A stretch of DNA of 63,222 bases, the filler included, from a bacterium (lineage in GTDB: Bacteria; JAMORN01): the NCBI GenBank assembly GCA_027063545.1. It is 12 parts of 12 records of this genome, joined end to end, with 100 filler letters (N's around TTAATTAATTAA, not from the genome) between each part and the next. Parts side by side here need not be neighbours in the genome. Positions count along the whole stretch, not along the records: positions 50,057 to 54,528 come from JAMORN010000178.1; positions 54,629 to 60,199 come from JAMORN010000179.1; positions 60,300 to 63,222 come from JAMORN010000201.1; 9 more parts are not named here. One strand, written 5' to 3'. This document shows, in pieces, positions 52,887 to 61,871 of the stretch (within the stretch, counting starts at the first letter, position 1; each line of letters opens with the position of its first letter). A program made the translations under genes and the position numbers. The notes under the pieces are model-generated. The model saw nothing but the letters and a program-made list of their open reading frames with translations, was not told the DNA's origin and made no database searches.

Positions 52887-53021
52887 AGAAGAATAGAAAC
52901 AGGGAAAAATAAAAAATTTATATAAAGATCTATCCCCCTCCATAATCCTTCTTCATAATTCCTCATATTATTCTATAACCCCCTCCACTCTCCGGTAGAG
53001 AGCCGGAGGGTGGAAATTTTT
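52887..53021 (+). ncRNA. Candidate sigma54-dependent small RNA with repeated CU-rich anti-SD motifs
   Basis: Lies between the sigma54 promoter and a GC-rich hairpin; carries CCCCCTCCATAAT, CCTTCTTCATAAT, TCCTCATATT, CCCCCTCCA. Confidence 0.45.
52984..53021 (+). terminator. Probable intrinsic terminator
   Basis: TCCACTCTCCGG-TAGAGAG-CCGGAGGGTGGA 12-bp stem (one G-U pair) followed by AATTTTT. Confidence 0.6.
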
Positions 53022-53191
53022 AAAAAAGATAGTGAGGCTTTTTGTTTTATTTTTTTTGGTATTTTGCCATATGTAAAATTGACATAACATACTATAATAA
53101 ATTGATTTTTATTTTGATATAGTGTTAAGAACAATTATTGTTATACTATAAGGAATGAAATAGAATAAAATAAACAAAAAAGGAGGGTAAA

Positions 53192-54528
53192 ATGAAAGTC
53201 TCAGTAAAAATTTCCAATTTATTTTTAGCGATTTTTATTATGACGTTTATATTTAGCTGTACGTCAGAGGATGAAATATTAGATAAGGCAAGGGCTTCAG
53301 ACTCTGTATGGATAGATTCTTTAACAAAAGTTGATAGTATATTATCTGATTCATTATCCCAAACAGATGTAATGATTCAAAATTTGATAACATCAATAGA
53401 TTCTAGGTTAAGGGAATCTGATTCTATAGTTGCAGATTCTTTAATTAATTTATTAAATGAATTAAAAGAGTATGTAAATGCTAATGATACAGCTACTATA
53501 GATTCATTATTAGAAGTTATTTCAAATGTTGTAAGTAAGCTTGAAGCTTCAGATTCAACAATTGTAGATTCCTTGAGTTTTCAAATTGTAACACTTGAGA
53601 CAAAATTGGATTCATTGTTAAATCAAGATTATGGTATAATTGTTGAAGGGAAAGTTTATGATGCCTTAACAAACCAGCCTATTATTGGAGCAAAAGTTGA
53701 AATTTTAGAAAATGGAATGATTTGTTCTACAAGTGCAGATATTGATACTACAGAGGAAAATGAAACAGGATATTTTAGATTTGTATTTAATAGGGCAACC
53801 AGTGTAGGACCGTTGACTTTATATATTACTAAAGACGGTTATAATCCAAAAACAGTTAATGTGGCTACAATTACGGGTGTTACATCTATAACCCAATATA
53901 TTGTTAGTAATGTAGGACCAATTTATTTAGATACTTTAAAAACATATTATGATACATTAAAGAGTATTGCTGAAACTAGTGAAAATACAACATTGAATAT
54001 TGTTGCATCAGAGTCTAATGTGAATAAGGTAATATTAGCATCTTCTCCTATAATAATAAGATTTAATAGATCTATAGATACTACATATCATTTTGACCTT
54101 TATGTAATAGATGAATCAACAGGTGATACTTTAACTATAAATAGAATAGAATATAAAGATTATATGAGAGTAATGAAAATATATACAAATTTAGAGGAAG
54201 GTTATTCATACTCTATACATATAGAAAATATATGGGGAATTCCTGCTAGCGATGTTGAAGATTTAACATATTATGCTGAAAAAGATTTTGATAGATGGGT
54301 AATTACTTATAAAAAAGAGGATCCTGTAAAAGTAGCTATGTATATACCAACATTTGATACAACTTCTGTAATTATAGTTTTTGATAGGCCGATAACAAAT
54401 CCTGCTGAAGATGCAGAGTTATATGTAGATGTAGATGGTAATGGCTCTTACACAACTTCAGGTGTGGGAGGTTCTGATCCAAATCTTACTTTATTTGAAT
54501 ATGGTAGATTAATAAATGTAGTAGGTAC
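53192..54528 (+). CDS. Lipoprotein: DSL-rich helical N-terminus, carboxypeptidase-regulatory-like and Ig-like (Big_5-like) domains; 3'-truncated
   Basis: AAGGAGG RBS; lipobox FSC; VEGKVYDALTNQPIIGAKV; IIIRFNRSID, IIVFDRPI. Confidence 0.75.
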
Positions 54529-54628
54529 NNNNNNNNNNNNNNNNNNNNNNNNNNNNNNNNNNNNNNNNNNNNTTAATTAATTAANNNNNNNNNNNNNNNN
54601 NNNNNNNNNNNNNNNNNNNNNNNNNNNN
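54529..54628. other. Artificial contig spacer
   Basis: N44-TTAATTAATTAA-N44. Confidence 0.99.
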
Positions 54629-55242
54629 AATAATTTTATTTTTTTTTCCTTTTTTATTTGTAAATATGCTTTATTAACAACGCTTCTCATTTCACCTTTA
54701 TGATATTCATTAGGGCCATAAACATTAAAAAATTTTAATCCAACCACTCTATTAAAAAGTTTATTTTTATACAACCATAAGTCAAATAGATGTTTTGAAA
54801 ATCCATATATATTTAAAGGTTTTAAAAAAGGTAAAAGTTTAATATCATCTTTAAAACCCATACTTCCATCACCATATGTGGCTGCGCTGGAAGCATAAAT
54901 AAATCTTATATTATTGTATAGGGCAAATGAGCATAATTTTTTTGAATATTTATAGTTGTTATGGATAAGATAATTAGAGTCTTTCTCAATAGTAGAAGAA
55001 CAAGCTCCTAGATGAATTATTGCCCTTATATTGTCTATTTTATTTTTATCTAGTAGTTCTAGGAAGTCCTTTTTATCTATATAGTCTTCAAATATTTTAT
55101 TTCTTAAATTTTTCCACTTTTCAGACGTGTCTAAGTGATCTACAATTATTATTTCTTCTATACCTATATTATTTAAAAATTTTAATAAAACACTACCTAT
55201 AAATCCCGCGCCACCAGTTAAAATTATTTTATTCTTCTTCAT
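54629..55242 (-). CDS. hldD: ADP-L-glycero-D-manno-heptose 6-epimerase, 3'-truncated
   Basis: TGGAGFIGS, HLGACSST, YASSAATYG, PLNIYGFSK, FFNVYGPNEYHKGEMRSV. Confidence 0.95.
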
Positions 55243-55300
55243 ATATTAAGTTAATATAAAAAAAAAATTTAAAATAGTTCAATATTTTATTTATTTCTTA

Positions 55301-55328
55301 TTGACAAAATATAAATACATTTTATATT
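55301..55328 (+). promoter_or_regulatory. Putative sigma70-type promoter of the 55392 lipoprotein
   Basis: TTGACA-N16-TATATT upstream of an AGGAGG RBS. Confidence 0.45.
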
Positions 55329-55391
55329 AAATAACATAAGTAGGAAAAATTATAGAGATAAAGTATTTAAACTAAAAAAAAGGAGGAATTT

Positions 55392-56855
55392 ATGCCTAAC
55401 TTTAGATTTATTAATGTGTTAGTAAGTATAACAATGGGGTTATTACTTTTTATAACAAGCTGTTCGGATAATACACAACAGATTACACAAAATGATATAG
55501 AAGATATAGCAGATTCAGTAGCTGATTCGTTGGGAATTTCAGATTCATTAAAAGACAGTCTACAAAATATTATAGAAGACAGTATAAAAAATTTAACATC
55601 TATTAGTTCTTTAAATGAAATAACTGGGACATGGCAATTTTCAACCGAAATCCAATATAGAAAACTAAGTATATCTCTTGTAAAATTACCAGATGAGCTT
55701 ATAGGTGATACTACATTTATTCAAGAGGTAAATATAGATCATAGTCAAGATTCTATTTTAAGCTTTATTTATGTAGAAAAAATTTCAGAAAATCAAGCTG
55801 TTGGCATAAATATTTTTAAAATAGGAAATCAATATTATGTAGAAACAGAGGATGGATATGATACTTTAACACTAATTAATAATGAAATTTTTGTGGCGAC
55901 AGCAGAAGGAGATACTATACGATTATATAAAGATGCTAATGGGAATTTGGTATTTTTAGGTCATTTTGATGAGGGAGATGTTATGAGTAATGAAGAAGCA
56001 CCAGATACTATTAAATGTAATGATACAACAAATATTATTATAAATGGTAGTTTTAGTGTTGATATTTTAGGAGGACTTGTTAGTGTAGATATAGCAGTTG
56101 ATATTAATTCTTTACCAAAAATTCCAGAAGATTCAATATATGAAGAGAATGGGGAAGATGATAATAATATATTCTTTCAAGCTCAACAATGGGTGAAAGA
56201 TAAAGTTAAGGAGGTTTGTCCAATACCAATAGGACCAATGCCATCTGAAGATCAAGATTCTAACTTTTATAATGATACAGTTTATTATTCACCTATTGAT
56301 ACTAATATTAATCCTGATGATACAAGCTATGAAGAGCCATATCCAACAAATTGTCCTACAGGGTATGGGTATGATGAAACTTGGTTTGAGAATGATCCTA
56401 TAAGAGATTCTATTTATGCAGCAATTTTAAAAGGTTCAGAATTTAAGGTGTTTGGTATTGTTAGTATAAAAATTGATTCTTCAGGAGATACTATTTCAGT
56501 TGATTCTATTAATTCTTATTTAGAAATGGTATATAAGTTTTCTCCTAATTTAGATACTATTAAGTTTTATCAATATGATCCAGCAGGAGTCCCTATAGAT
56601 AGTGCTATAGCACTAACAAATGTTATTCCAGAAAAACAAGCTATTTTTATGACAGTAATGACTACTATGACAATAGATTATTCTTCACCTGAGGATCCTA
56701 ATTCTGCTTGTCCAGTAATAAGTCCTATACCTGAAACAATAAAATTTTTAGAGTATTCACCTGATGGCAATAGGGTAAAAATTACTTTTATTATAGAAAA
56801 AGAAGACGGCTCAAAAGAAATAATAGAAGATTACTGGGAAAAAATTATAGAATAA
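55392..56855 (+). CDS. Acidic lipoprotein of unknown function
   Basis: Lipobox TSC, AGGAGG RBS, very D/S/T/I-rich, own promoter and terminator. Confidence 0.8.
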   Translation: MPNFRFINVLVSITMGLLLFITSCSDNTQQITQNDIEDIADSVADSLGISDSLKDSLQNIIEDSIKNLTSISSLNEITGTWQFSTEIQYRKLSISLVKLPDELIGDTTFIQEVNIDHSQDSILSFIYVEKISENQAVGINIFKIGNQYYVETEDGYDTLTLINNEIFVATAEGDTIRLYKDANGNLVFLGHFDEGDVMSNEEAPDTIKCNDTTNIIINGSFSVDILGGLVSVDIAVDINSLPKIPEDSIYEENGEDDNNIFFQAQQWVKDKVKEVCPIPIGPMPSEDQDSNFYNDTVYYSPIDTNINPDDTSYEEPYPTNCPTGYGYDETWFENDPIRDSIYAAILKGSEFKVFGIVSIKIDSSGDTISVDSINSYLEMVYKFSPNLDTIKFYQYDPAGVPIDSAIALTNVIPEKQAIFMTVMTTMTIDYSSPEDPNSACPVISPIPETIKFLEYSPDGNRVKITFIIEKEDGSKEIIEDYWEKIIE

Positions 56856-56884
56856 AAAGAATAGAATATAAATAAAAAACTTGC

Positions 56885-56919
56885 ACCCTGGCTTCTATTA
56901 ATGGAGTCAGGGTTTTTTT
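56885..56919 (+). terminator. Intrinsic terminator, possibly bidirectional
   Basis: ACCCTGGCTTC-loop-GGAGTCAGGGT stem followed by a T-tract, between convergent genes. Confidence 0.8.
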
Positions 56920-56924
56920 ATATA

Positions 56925-58202
56925 TTATATCTCCTCAGTAGTAAACAAATATTCATCTAAAGGCTGTGATTTTAACTTAAAATTATATTTGAAATAATTA
57001 GGATAGTATTTATTTTTTATTTTAAGTTTAAATTTTTCCATAATTTTTTCTTTATTTGAAAAATCAAAATCACCATAATATTTTCCATTTATTGTAATAA
57101 AGTAAATAGCCTTTTTTAAAGGGAAATAAATTTGAGAAAGTATATTTAAGTCAATATAAGAGTTTTTTCTTAATTTAATAATTGTTTTAGCAGTTTTTTT
57201 ACCAATTCCAGGTACTCTAATTAAAGTATCATAATCTGCTTTTGTTATTTCAACAGGAAATAGATCTATGTTTTCTAAAGCATACCAAAGTTTAGGATCA
57301 ATATTTTGAGGGAGATTATTGGTAGTTTTAAAAAAGTCACTAACAGAAAAGTTATATCTTCTTATAAGAAAATCAGCTTGATAAAGCACAACTTCTCTTT
57401 CAATAGGCGGTTTTTTAATCTTGTTAATTAATGGATTTGATGTTTCAATAGGTCTTATAGCAGAAAAATATACCCTATGAAGATGAAATTTATCATACAA
57501 GTATTTACTTAATGTTAGTATTTGTTTGTCATCTTCTTCAGAAGCACCTATAATCATTTGTGTAGTATGGCCTGATGGAAGAATTTTGGGAGCTTTTTTA
57601 TATTTTTTCCTTTCAGTTTTAAAGAAATAAAATAATTCTCCAATATATTTCATTGGTTTTATAATTGAATTTTTATTTTTTTCAGGAGCAAATAGTTTTA
57701 AGCTTTTTTCCGAAGGCATTTCTATATTTATTGATACTCTAGATGCATATTTTGATATTTCATTAATAAGTTCTTTACTTATATTAGGCATTATTTTAAC
57801 ATGGATATAACCTTTAAAATTATATTTTTCTCTTAATAATTTTATTGTTTCAAGAAGCTTTGAAGCAGTATATTCCTCAGATTTATATATAGCAGAACTT
57901 AAAAATAAGCCATTAATTAGTTTTTTATTGTAAAATTCTAAAGTAATTTTTGCGATTTCTTCAGGTGTAAATATTGCTCTTGGGATATTACTTTCTCTTC
58001 TATTTATACAATAAGAGCAATTGTATTTACATATATTAGTATATAATAATTTTAAAAGACCTACTTTTCTTACTTGATTATTATAGGCTACATTAGAATA
58101 ATATATAGGATATTTATTTACCTTTTCTACAGAAGAACAAGTTTGATCATAGTAAGCTGCATATGTTAACAGTTTAAGTTTTTCATATAAATATTTTTCC
58201 AT
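56925..58202 (-). CDS. Putative DNA modification/repair radical SAM protein with HhH motif (TIGR03916-like)
   Basis: LLKLLYTNICKYNCSYCINRR, GLFLSS, GYIHVKI, GHTTQMIIGA, RVYFSA, LYQADFLIR.Y, LIRVPGIG. Confidence 0.88.
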   Translation of the reverse strand: MEKYLYEKLKLLTYAAYYDQTCSSVEKVNKYPIYYSNVAYNNQVRKVGLLKLLYTNICKYNCSYCINRRESNIPRAIFTPEEIAKITLEFYNKKLINGLFLSSAIYKSEEYTASKLLETIKLLREKYNFKGYIHVKIMPNISKELINEISKYASRVSINIEMPSEKSLKLFAPEKNKNSIIKPMKYIGELFYFFKTERKKYKKAPKILPSGHTTQMIIGASEEDDKQILTLSKYLYDKFHLHRVYFSAIRPIETSNPLINKIKKPPIEREVVLYQADFLIRRYNFSVSDFFKTTNNLPQNIDPKLWYALENIDLFPVEITKADYDTLIRVPGIGKKTAKTIIKLRKNSYIDLNILSQIYFPLKKAIYFITINGKYYGDFDFSNKEKIMEKFKLKIKNKYYPNYFKYNFKLKSQPLDEYLFTTEEI

Positions 58203-58233
58203 AATAAAAAAAATAATTTTTATATTTTATTAC

Positions 58234-58566
58234 ATGGAAGATGAAAAAAAATTTAATAATACTGATAAATATTTTGGTAAAAAATTAAGAAAAATAGTTA
58301 TTTTTTCATTATTTTTTTTATCTGTATTTTTTTTCTTAACTCAAATTTTTTTCTATTGGAGAGATCTTTCAAAAATGGATAAGGAAATAAAAAAAGAAAT
58401 GGAGAAACAAAGGCTTTTACAAGTAAAAATAGATTCTATAGAAAATATTATAAAAAAATTAGATACAGATACTTTTTTAATTGAAAAAATTGCAAGAGAA
58501 AAGTTGGGAATGATAAAAAAAGGAGAGCAAGTTTATAAAATAAAAATAAAGGATATAAAAAAATGA
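58234..58566 (+). CDS. ftsB: Septum formation initiator (FtsB/DivIC family)
   Basis: One TM, coiled coil, IEKIAREKLGMIKKGE. Confidence 0.88.
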   Translation: MEDEKKFNNTDKYFGKKLRKIVIFSLFFLSVFFFLTQIFFYWRDLSKMDKEIKKEMEKQRLLQVKIDSIENIIKKLDTDTFLIEKIAREKLGMIKKGEQVYKIKIKDIKK

Positions 58567-59213
58567 AAAAAATAATATCATTTCTTAAAAATAGTTTTTT
58601 TTCGGGGATAATATTTTGGACTCCTATTGCTATAACCTTTTTTATTGTTTATAAAATTTTTCTGTTTTTAGATCAACCAACGCGTTTGTTAATAAAAGAT
58701 TTTGTAGAGAGAACTATTCCAGAATATAGTAATTATATAGTACCAGGTATAGGACTTTTTATCACAATCTCTATTATAATAATTTCAGGAGTGTTTGCTA
58801 AAAATATGATAGGGAGATATATTACAAATTTTTTTGTTGATTTAATGCTTAATATTCCAATAATAAATAAAATTTATAAAGCTGTAAAGGAGATTGTTGA
58901 TTCTATTTTATCAACTAACAAAAAGGCATATAAAAGAATTGTATTAATAGAATATCCAAGAAAAGGTATATGGAGTATTGGTTTTGAGACAGGTGAGGTT
59001 AAAGATTATTTGAAAGAAAAGATAAATGATAACAAAGAAAAAAAGGAAAAATATATATACGTCTTTCTTCCAACAACTCCTAATCCTACTTCAGGTTATA
59101 TGTTAATTTTAAAAAGAGATGAAGTGATAGATACAGATTTAACTGTTGAAGAAGCTTTAAAACTTATAATGGCAGGTGGTGCTTTTGACCCAAGGGAGTT
59201 TATCAAAGATTAA
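58563..59213 (+). CDS. DUF502 membrane protein
   Basis: PGIGL, IPIINKIY, VLIEYPRKGIWSIGF, VFLPTTPNPTSG. Confidence 0.92.
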   Translation: MKKIISFLKNSFFSGIIFWTPIAITFFIVYKIFLFLDQPTRLLIKDFVERTIPEYSNYIVPGIGLFITISIIIISGVFAKNMIGRYITNFFVDLMLNIPIINKIYKAVKEIVDSILSTNKKAYKRIVLIEYPRKGIWSIGFETGEVKDYLKEKINDNKEKKEKYIYVFLPTTPNPTSGYMLILKRDEVIDTDLTVEEALKLIMAGGAFDPREFIKD

Positions 59214-59967
59214 AAAACAAGAGGGTTATTTAATAAGTTTTTATCCTTGGAAGGAATCTTCATATATACTCAAATTTTTACTAAAAGATTTTGGAGTTTT
59301 AGATTTTATACTATTTAGAGGAAAAAGAAAACATATTCCTATTTCTATAGGATTCAAATATGATATAGTATTTTATAAAAAAGAAAATCTTTCTATAATA
59401 AAAGAAATAGTATTAAATGAATCAATAACAATAAATACAAAAAAAGATTTTTATCTAGTACATATAATCTTTAAACTTATATCAAAACTTCATATAAGTG
59501 AGGAATACTCTAATTTTTTTTGGACTCTTATTGAAGAAATTTTTTCTCTACTAAAAAATAGTAAAATAGATAAAGATTTGATTTTTATAAAGTTTCTTAT
59601 AAGTGTTTTAAAAATAGAAGGACTATGGAAGGAATATACTAAATGTTTTAAGTGTCACAAAAAATTTTCAAAAGGAGATGATGTATTTTTTGATTTACAA
59701 AATGTGAGAATATATTGCTCTGAATGTATAGATACATATAATAATAAACAGAATAAAATTTTTCCCATAAAGTTTTGGATTATTTCTTTTTCAAACTGGT
59801 TGATTTATAACAATATTGACTTAATTCCAGATTCAAAAAAAGAAAATATATTAAAAAATAAAAATGAGATAATGAATTTTCTTATAGAGTATTATAAAAT
59901 ACATCTTCTTTATAAAGATGAAGAAATATTTAAGATAATAGATAAATACTTACAAGTTTCCTCTTAA
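59176..59967 (+). CDS. recO: DNA repair protein RecO (divergent; start uncertain)
   Basis: EGYLI..WKESSYIL..FG OB-fold start; CFKC..CSEC zinc finger. Confidence 0.7.
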   Translation: MVLLTQGSLSKIKKQEGYLISFYPWKESSYILKFLLKDFGVLDFILFRGKRKHIPISIGFKYDIVFYKKENLSIIKEIVLNESITINTKKDFYLVHIIFKLISKLHISEEYSNFFWTLIEEIFSLLKNSKIDKDLIFIKFLISVLKIEGLWKEYTKCFKCHKKFSKGDDVFFDLQNVRIYCSECIDTYNNKQNKIFPIKFWIISFSNWLIYNNIDLIPDSKKENILKNKNEIMNFLIEYYKIHLLYKDEEIFKIIDKYLQVSS

Positions 59968-60063
59968 AATATTGACTTTATTTTAAATAGATTATATTTT
60001 AATTTTTGAAAAATTTATTTTTCTTAAAGAAATATAAATCTTAAAGTATAAAAGGAGAAAGAT

Positions 60064-60199
60064 ATGTTACTTGATAAGTTTATTGAAAAAGGGAGAGAGT
60101 TTTTAGGTGTTGAGTATCCTATTTTAGGTGGAGCAATGAGTTGGGTTAGTGATAGTGATTTAGTTTCTGCGATAAGCAACGCTGGGGGATTTGGAGTTT
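60064..60199 (+). CDS. Nitronate monooxygenase / FabK-like flavoprotein, 3'-truncated
   Basis: LGVEYPILGGAMSWVS..LVSAISNAGGFGV. Confidence 0.85.
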
Positions 60200-60299
60200 N
60201 NNNNNNNNNNNNNNNNNNNNNNNNNNNNNNNNNNNNNNNNNNNTTAATTAATTAANNNNNNNNNNNNNNNNNNNNNNNNNNNNNNNNNNNNNNNNNNNN
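60200..60299. other. Artificial contig spacer
   Basis: N44-TTAATTAATTAA-N44. Confidence 0.99.
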
Positions 60300-60860
60300 G
60301 TTATGTATTGTGATATTAATAATTTTACTCGTTTTGCTTCTCTTAATACACCTGAATACGTTTTCTATAGGTTAAATAAATTTTATAGTGAAATATTACC
60401 TATTATAAGGGTTAATAAAGGAAAGATTGATAAATATATAGGAGATGCTATAATGGTGGTTTGGACGGATGAATTACTTCCTGAAGATCAAGCTTATTAT
60501 GCTTGTAAATCTGCTGTTGAATTAGTTGAATATATAAATCAAAGAAAAAAAGAGGGAGAGTATATATTTGATGTTAGTATAGGAATAAATACAGGAGAAG
60601 TTCTTATAGGAAGTGTTGGAGATTCTGAGTTTATGGATTTTACAATTATAGGAAATCCTGTAAACATAGCAGCAAAACTTGAGCCTATGTGTAAGAAATT
60701 TGATGCTTCAATATTGATTACAAAGGATGTTGTAGATTTAGTACATGCTAAGATAGATGCAAAATTTGTTTATCAAGATTTGAATATGGGCGTAGATATA
60801 TTTATTTTAAATGGTATATTTGATGAGGAAACATGCAGATGGATAACTATAAAAGATTAG
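60300..60860 (+). CDS. Class III adenylate/guanylate cyclase domain, 5'-truncated
   Basis: VMYCDINNFT, DKYIGDAIM, SIGINTGEV, DFTIIGNPVNIAAKLE. Confidence 0.92.
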   Translation, partial: VMYCDINNFTRFASLNTPEYVFYRLNKFYSEILPIIRVNKGKIDKYIGDAIMVVWTDELLPEDQAYYACKSAVELVEYINQRKKEGEYIFDVSIGINTGEVLIGSVGDSEFMDFTIIGNPVNIAAKLEPMCKKFDASILITKDVVDLVHAKIDAKFVYQDLNMGVDIFILNGIFDEETCRWITIKD

Positions 60861-60872
60861 GATTGTTTGTAA

Positions 60873-61859
60873 ATGATAGTAATTACAGGTAGTTGTGGAT
60901 TTATTGGTTTTCATCTTTCTAAATATCTTCTAGAAAAAGGATATTATATTTTAGGAATAGATAATCTTAATAGTTATTATAGTGTTGAATTAAAAGAAGC
61001 TAGACTTAAAATTTTAAACAATTACTATAATTTTAAGTTTGTAAAAATAGATTTAGCAAATAGTAGTAAATTTAATAAAATTGTAGAAACCTATTTAAAA
61101 CAAAATTCTATAAGAGCGTTTATTCATTTAGCAGCTCAACCGGGTGTTCGTTTTTCAATTTCAAATCCAGAGATTTATTTTAAAAATAATATATATGCTT
61201 TTTTTAATATATTAGAGTTTTTAAGAAAATATAACAATGTAGAACATTTTATTTTTGCAAGTAGTTCTTCTGTTTATGGATTGAATAGAAAACTTCCTTT
61301 TTCAGAAGAAGATAAAACTGATTTTCCAGCAAGTTTTTATGGAGCTACAAAGAAAGTTGATGAGATTATGGCTTTTTCTTATAGTTTGTTATATCAAATA
61401 CCAACAACAGGATTAAGATTTTTTACAGTTTACGGCCCTTGGGGTAGACCAGATATGGCTTATTTTAAATTTACAGATAAAATAATAAAGGGAGAGGAAA
61501 TAGAAATATATAATTTTGGAAAACTTCAAAGGGATTTTACTTATATAGATGATATAATAAATACAATTGGTATAATGGTTGAGAAGGGATTTATAAAAAA
61601 AGAAAAGGAAAATCCCTTTTTTAATTTGTATAATATAGGTGGGAGTAATCCTGTTGAACTTATGTATTTTATAGAACTTCTTGAAAAGTATATTGGTAAA
61701 AAAGCAAATAAGAAATTTGTGGAATTTCAAAAAGGGGATTTGGAAAAAACATGGGCTGATGTAGAAAATCTTGAAAAAGATTATAACTATAAACCTAAAG
61801 TTAGTATAGAAGAAGGTTTAAAGAAATTTGTAGAATGGTATAAAGATTTTTATCTTTAA
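60873..61859 (+). CDS. NAD-dependent epimerase (UDP-glucuronate 4-epimerase type)
   Basis: TGSCGFIGFH, HLAAQPGVRFS, ASSSSVYG, YGATK, LRFFTVYGPWGRPDMA. Confidence 0.92.
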   Translation: MIVITGSCGFIGFHLSKYLLEKGYYILGIDNLNSYYSVELKEARLKILNNYYNFKFVKIDLANSSKFNKIVETYLKQNSIRAFIHLAAQPGVRFSISNPEIYFKNNIYAFFNILEFLRKYNNVEHFIFASSSSVYGLNRKLPFSEEDKTDFPASFYGATKKVDEIMAFSYSLLYQIPTTGLRFFTVYGPWGRPDMAYFKFTDKIIKGEEIEIYNFGKLQRDFTYIDDIINTIGIMVEKGFIKKEKENPFFNLYNIGGSNPVELMYFIELLEKYIGKKANKKFVEFQKGDLEKTWADVENLEKDYNYKPKVSIEEGLKKFVEWYKDFYL

Positions 61860-61871
61860 ATTAAATATATT

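Noticed and set aside
53079-53098. Perfect TTGACA and TATAAT upstream of 53192
   Set aside because: The spacer is only 8 nt. An extended -10 (TGTTATACT, 53139-47) is possible but too weak to call.
4762-60255. TTAATTAATTAA recurring about every 5.8 kb as a biological repeat or CRISPR
   Set aside because: Always centred in 88 Ns; it is an all-frame-stop contig linker.
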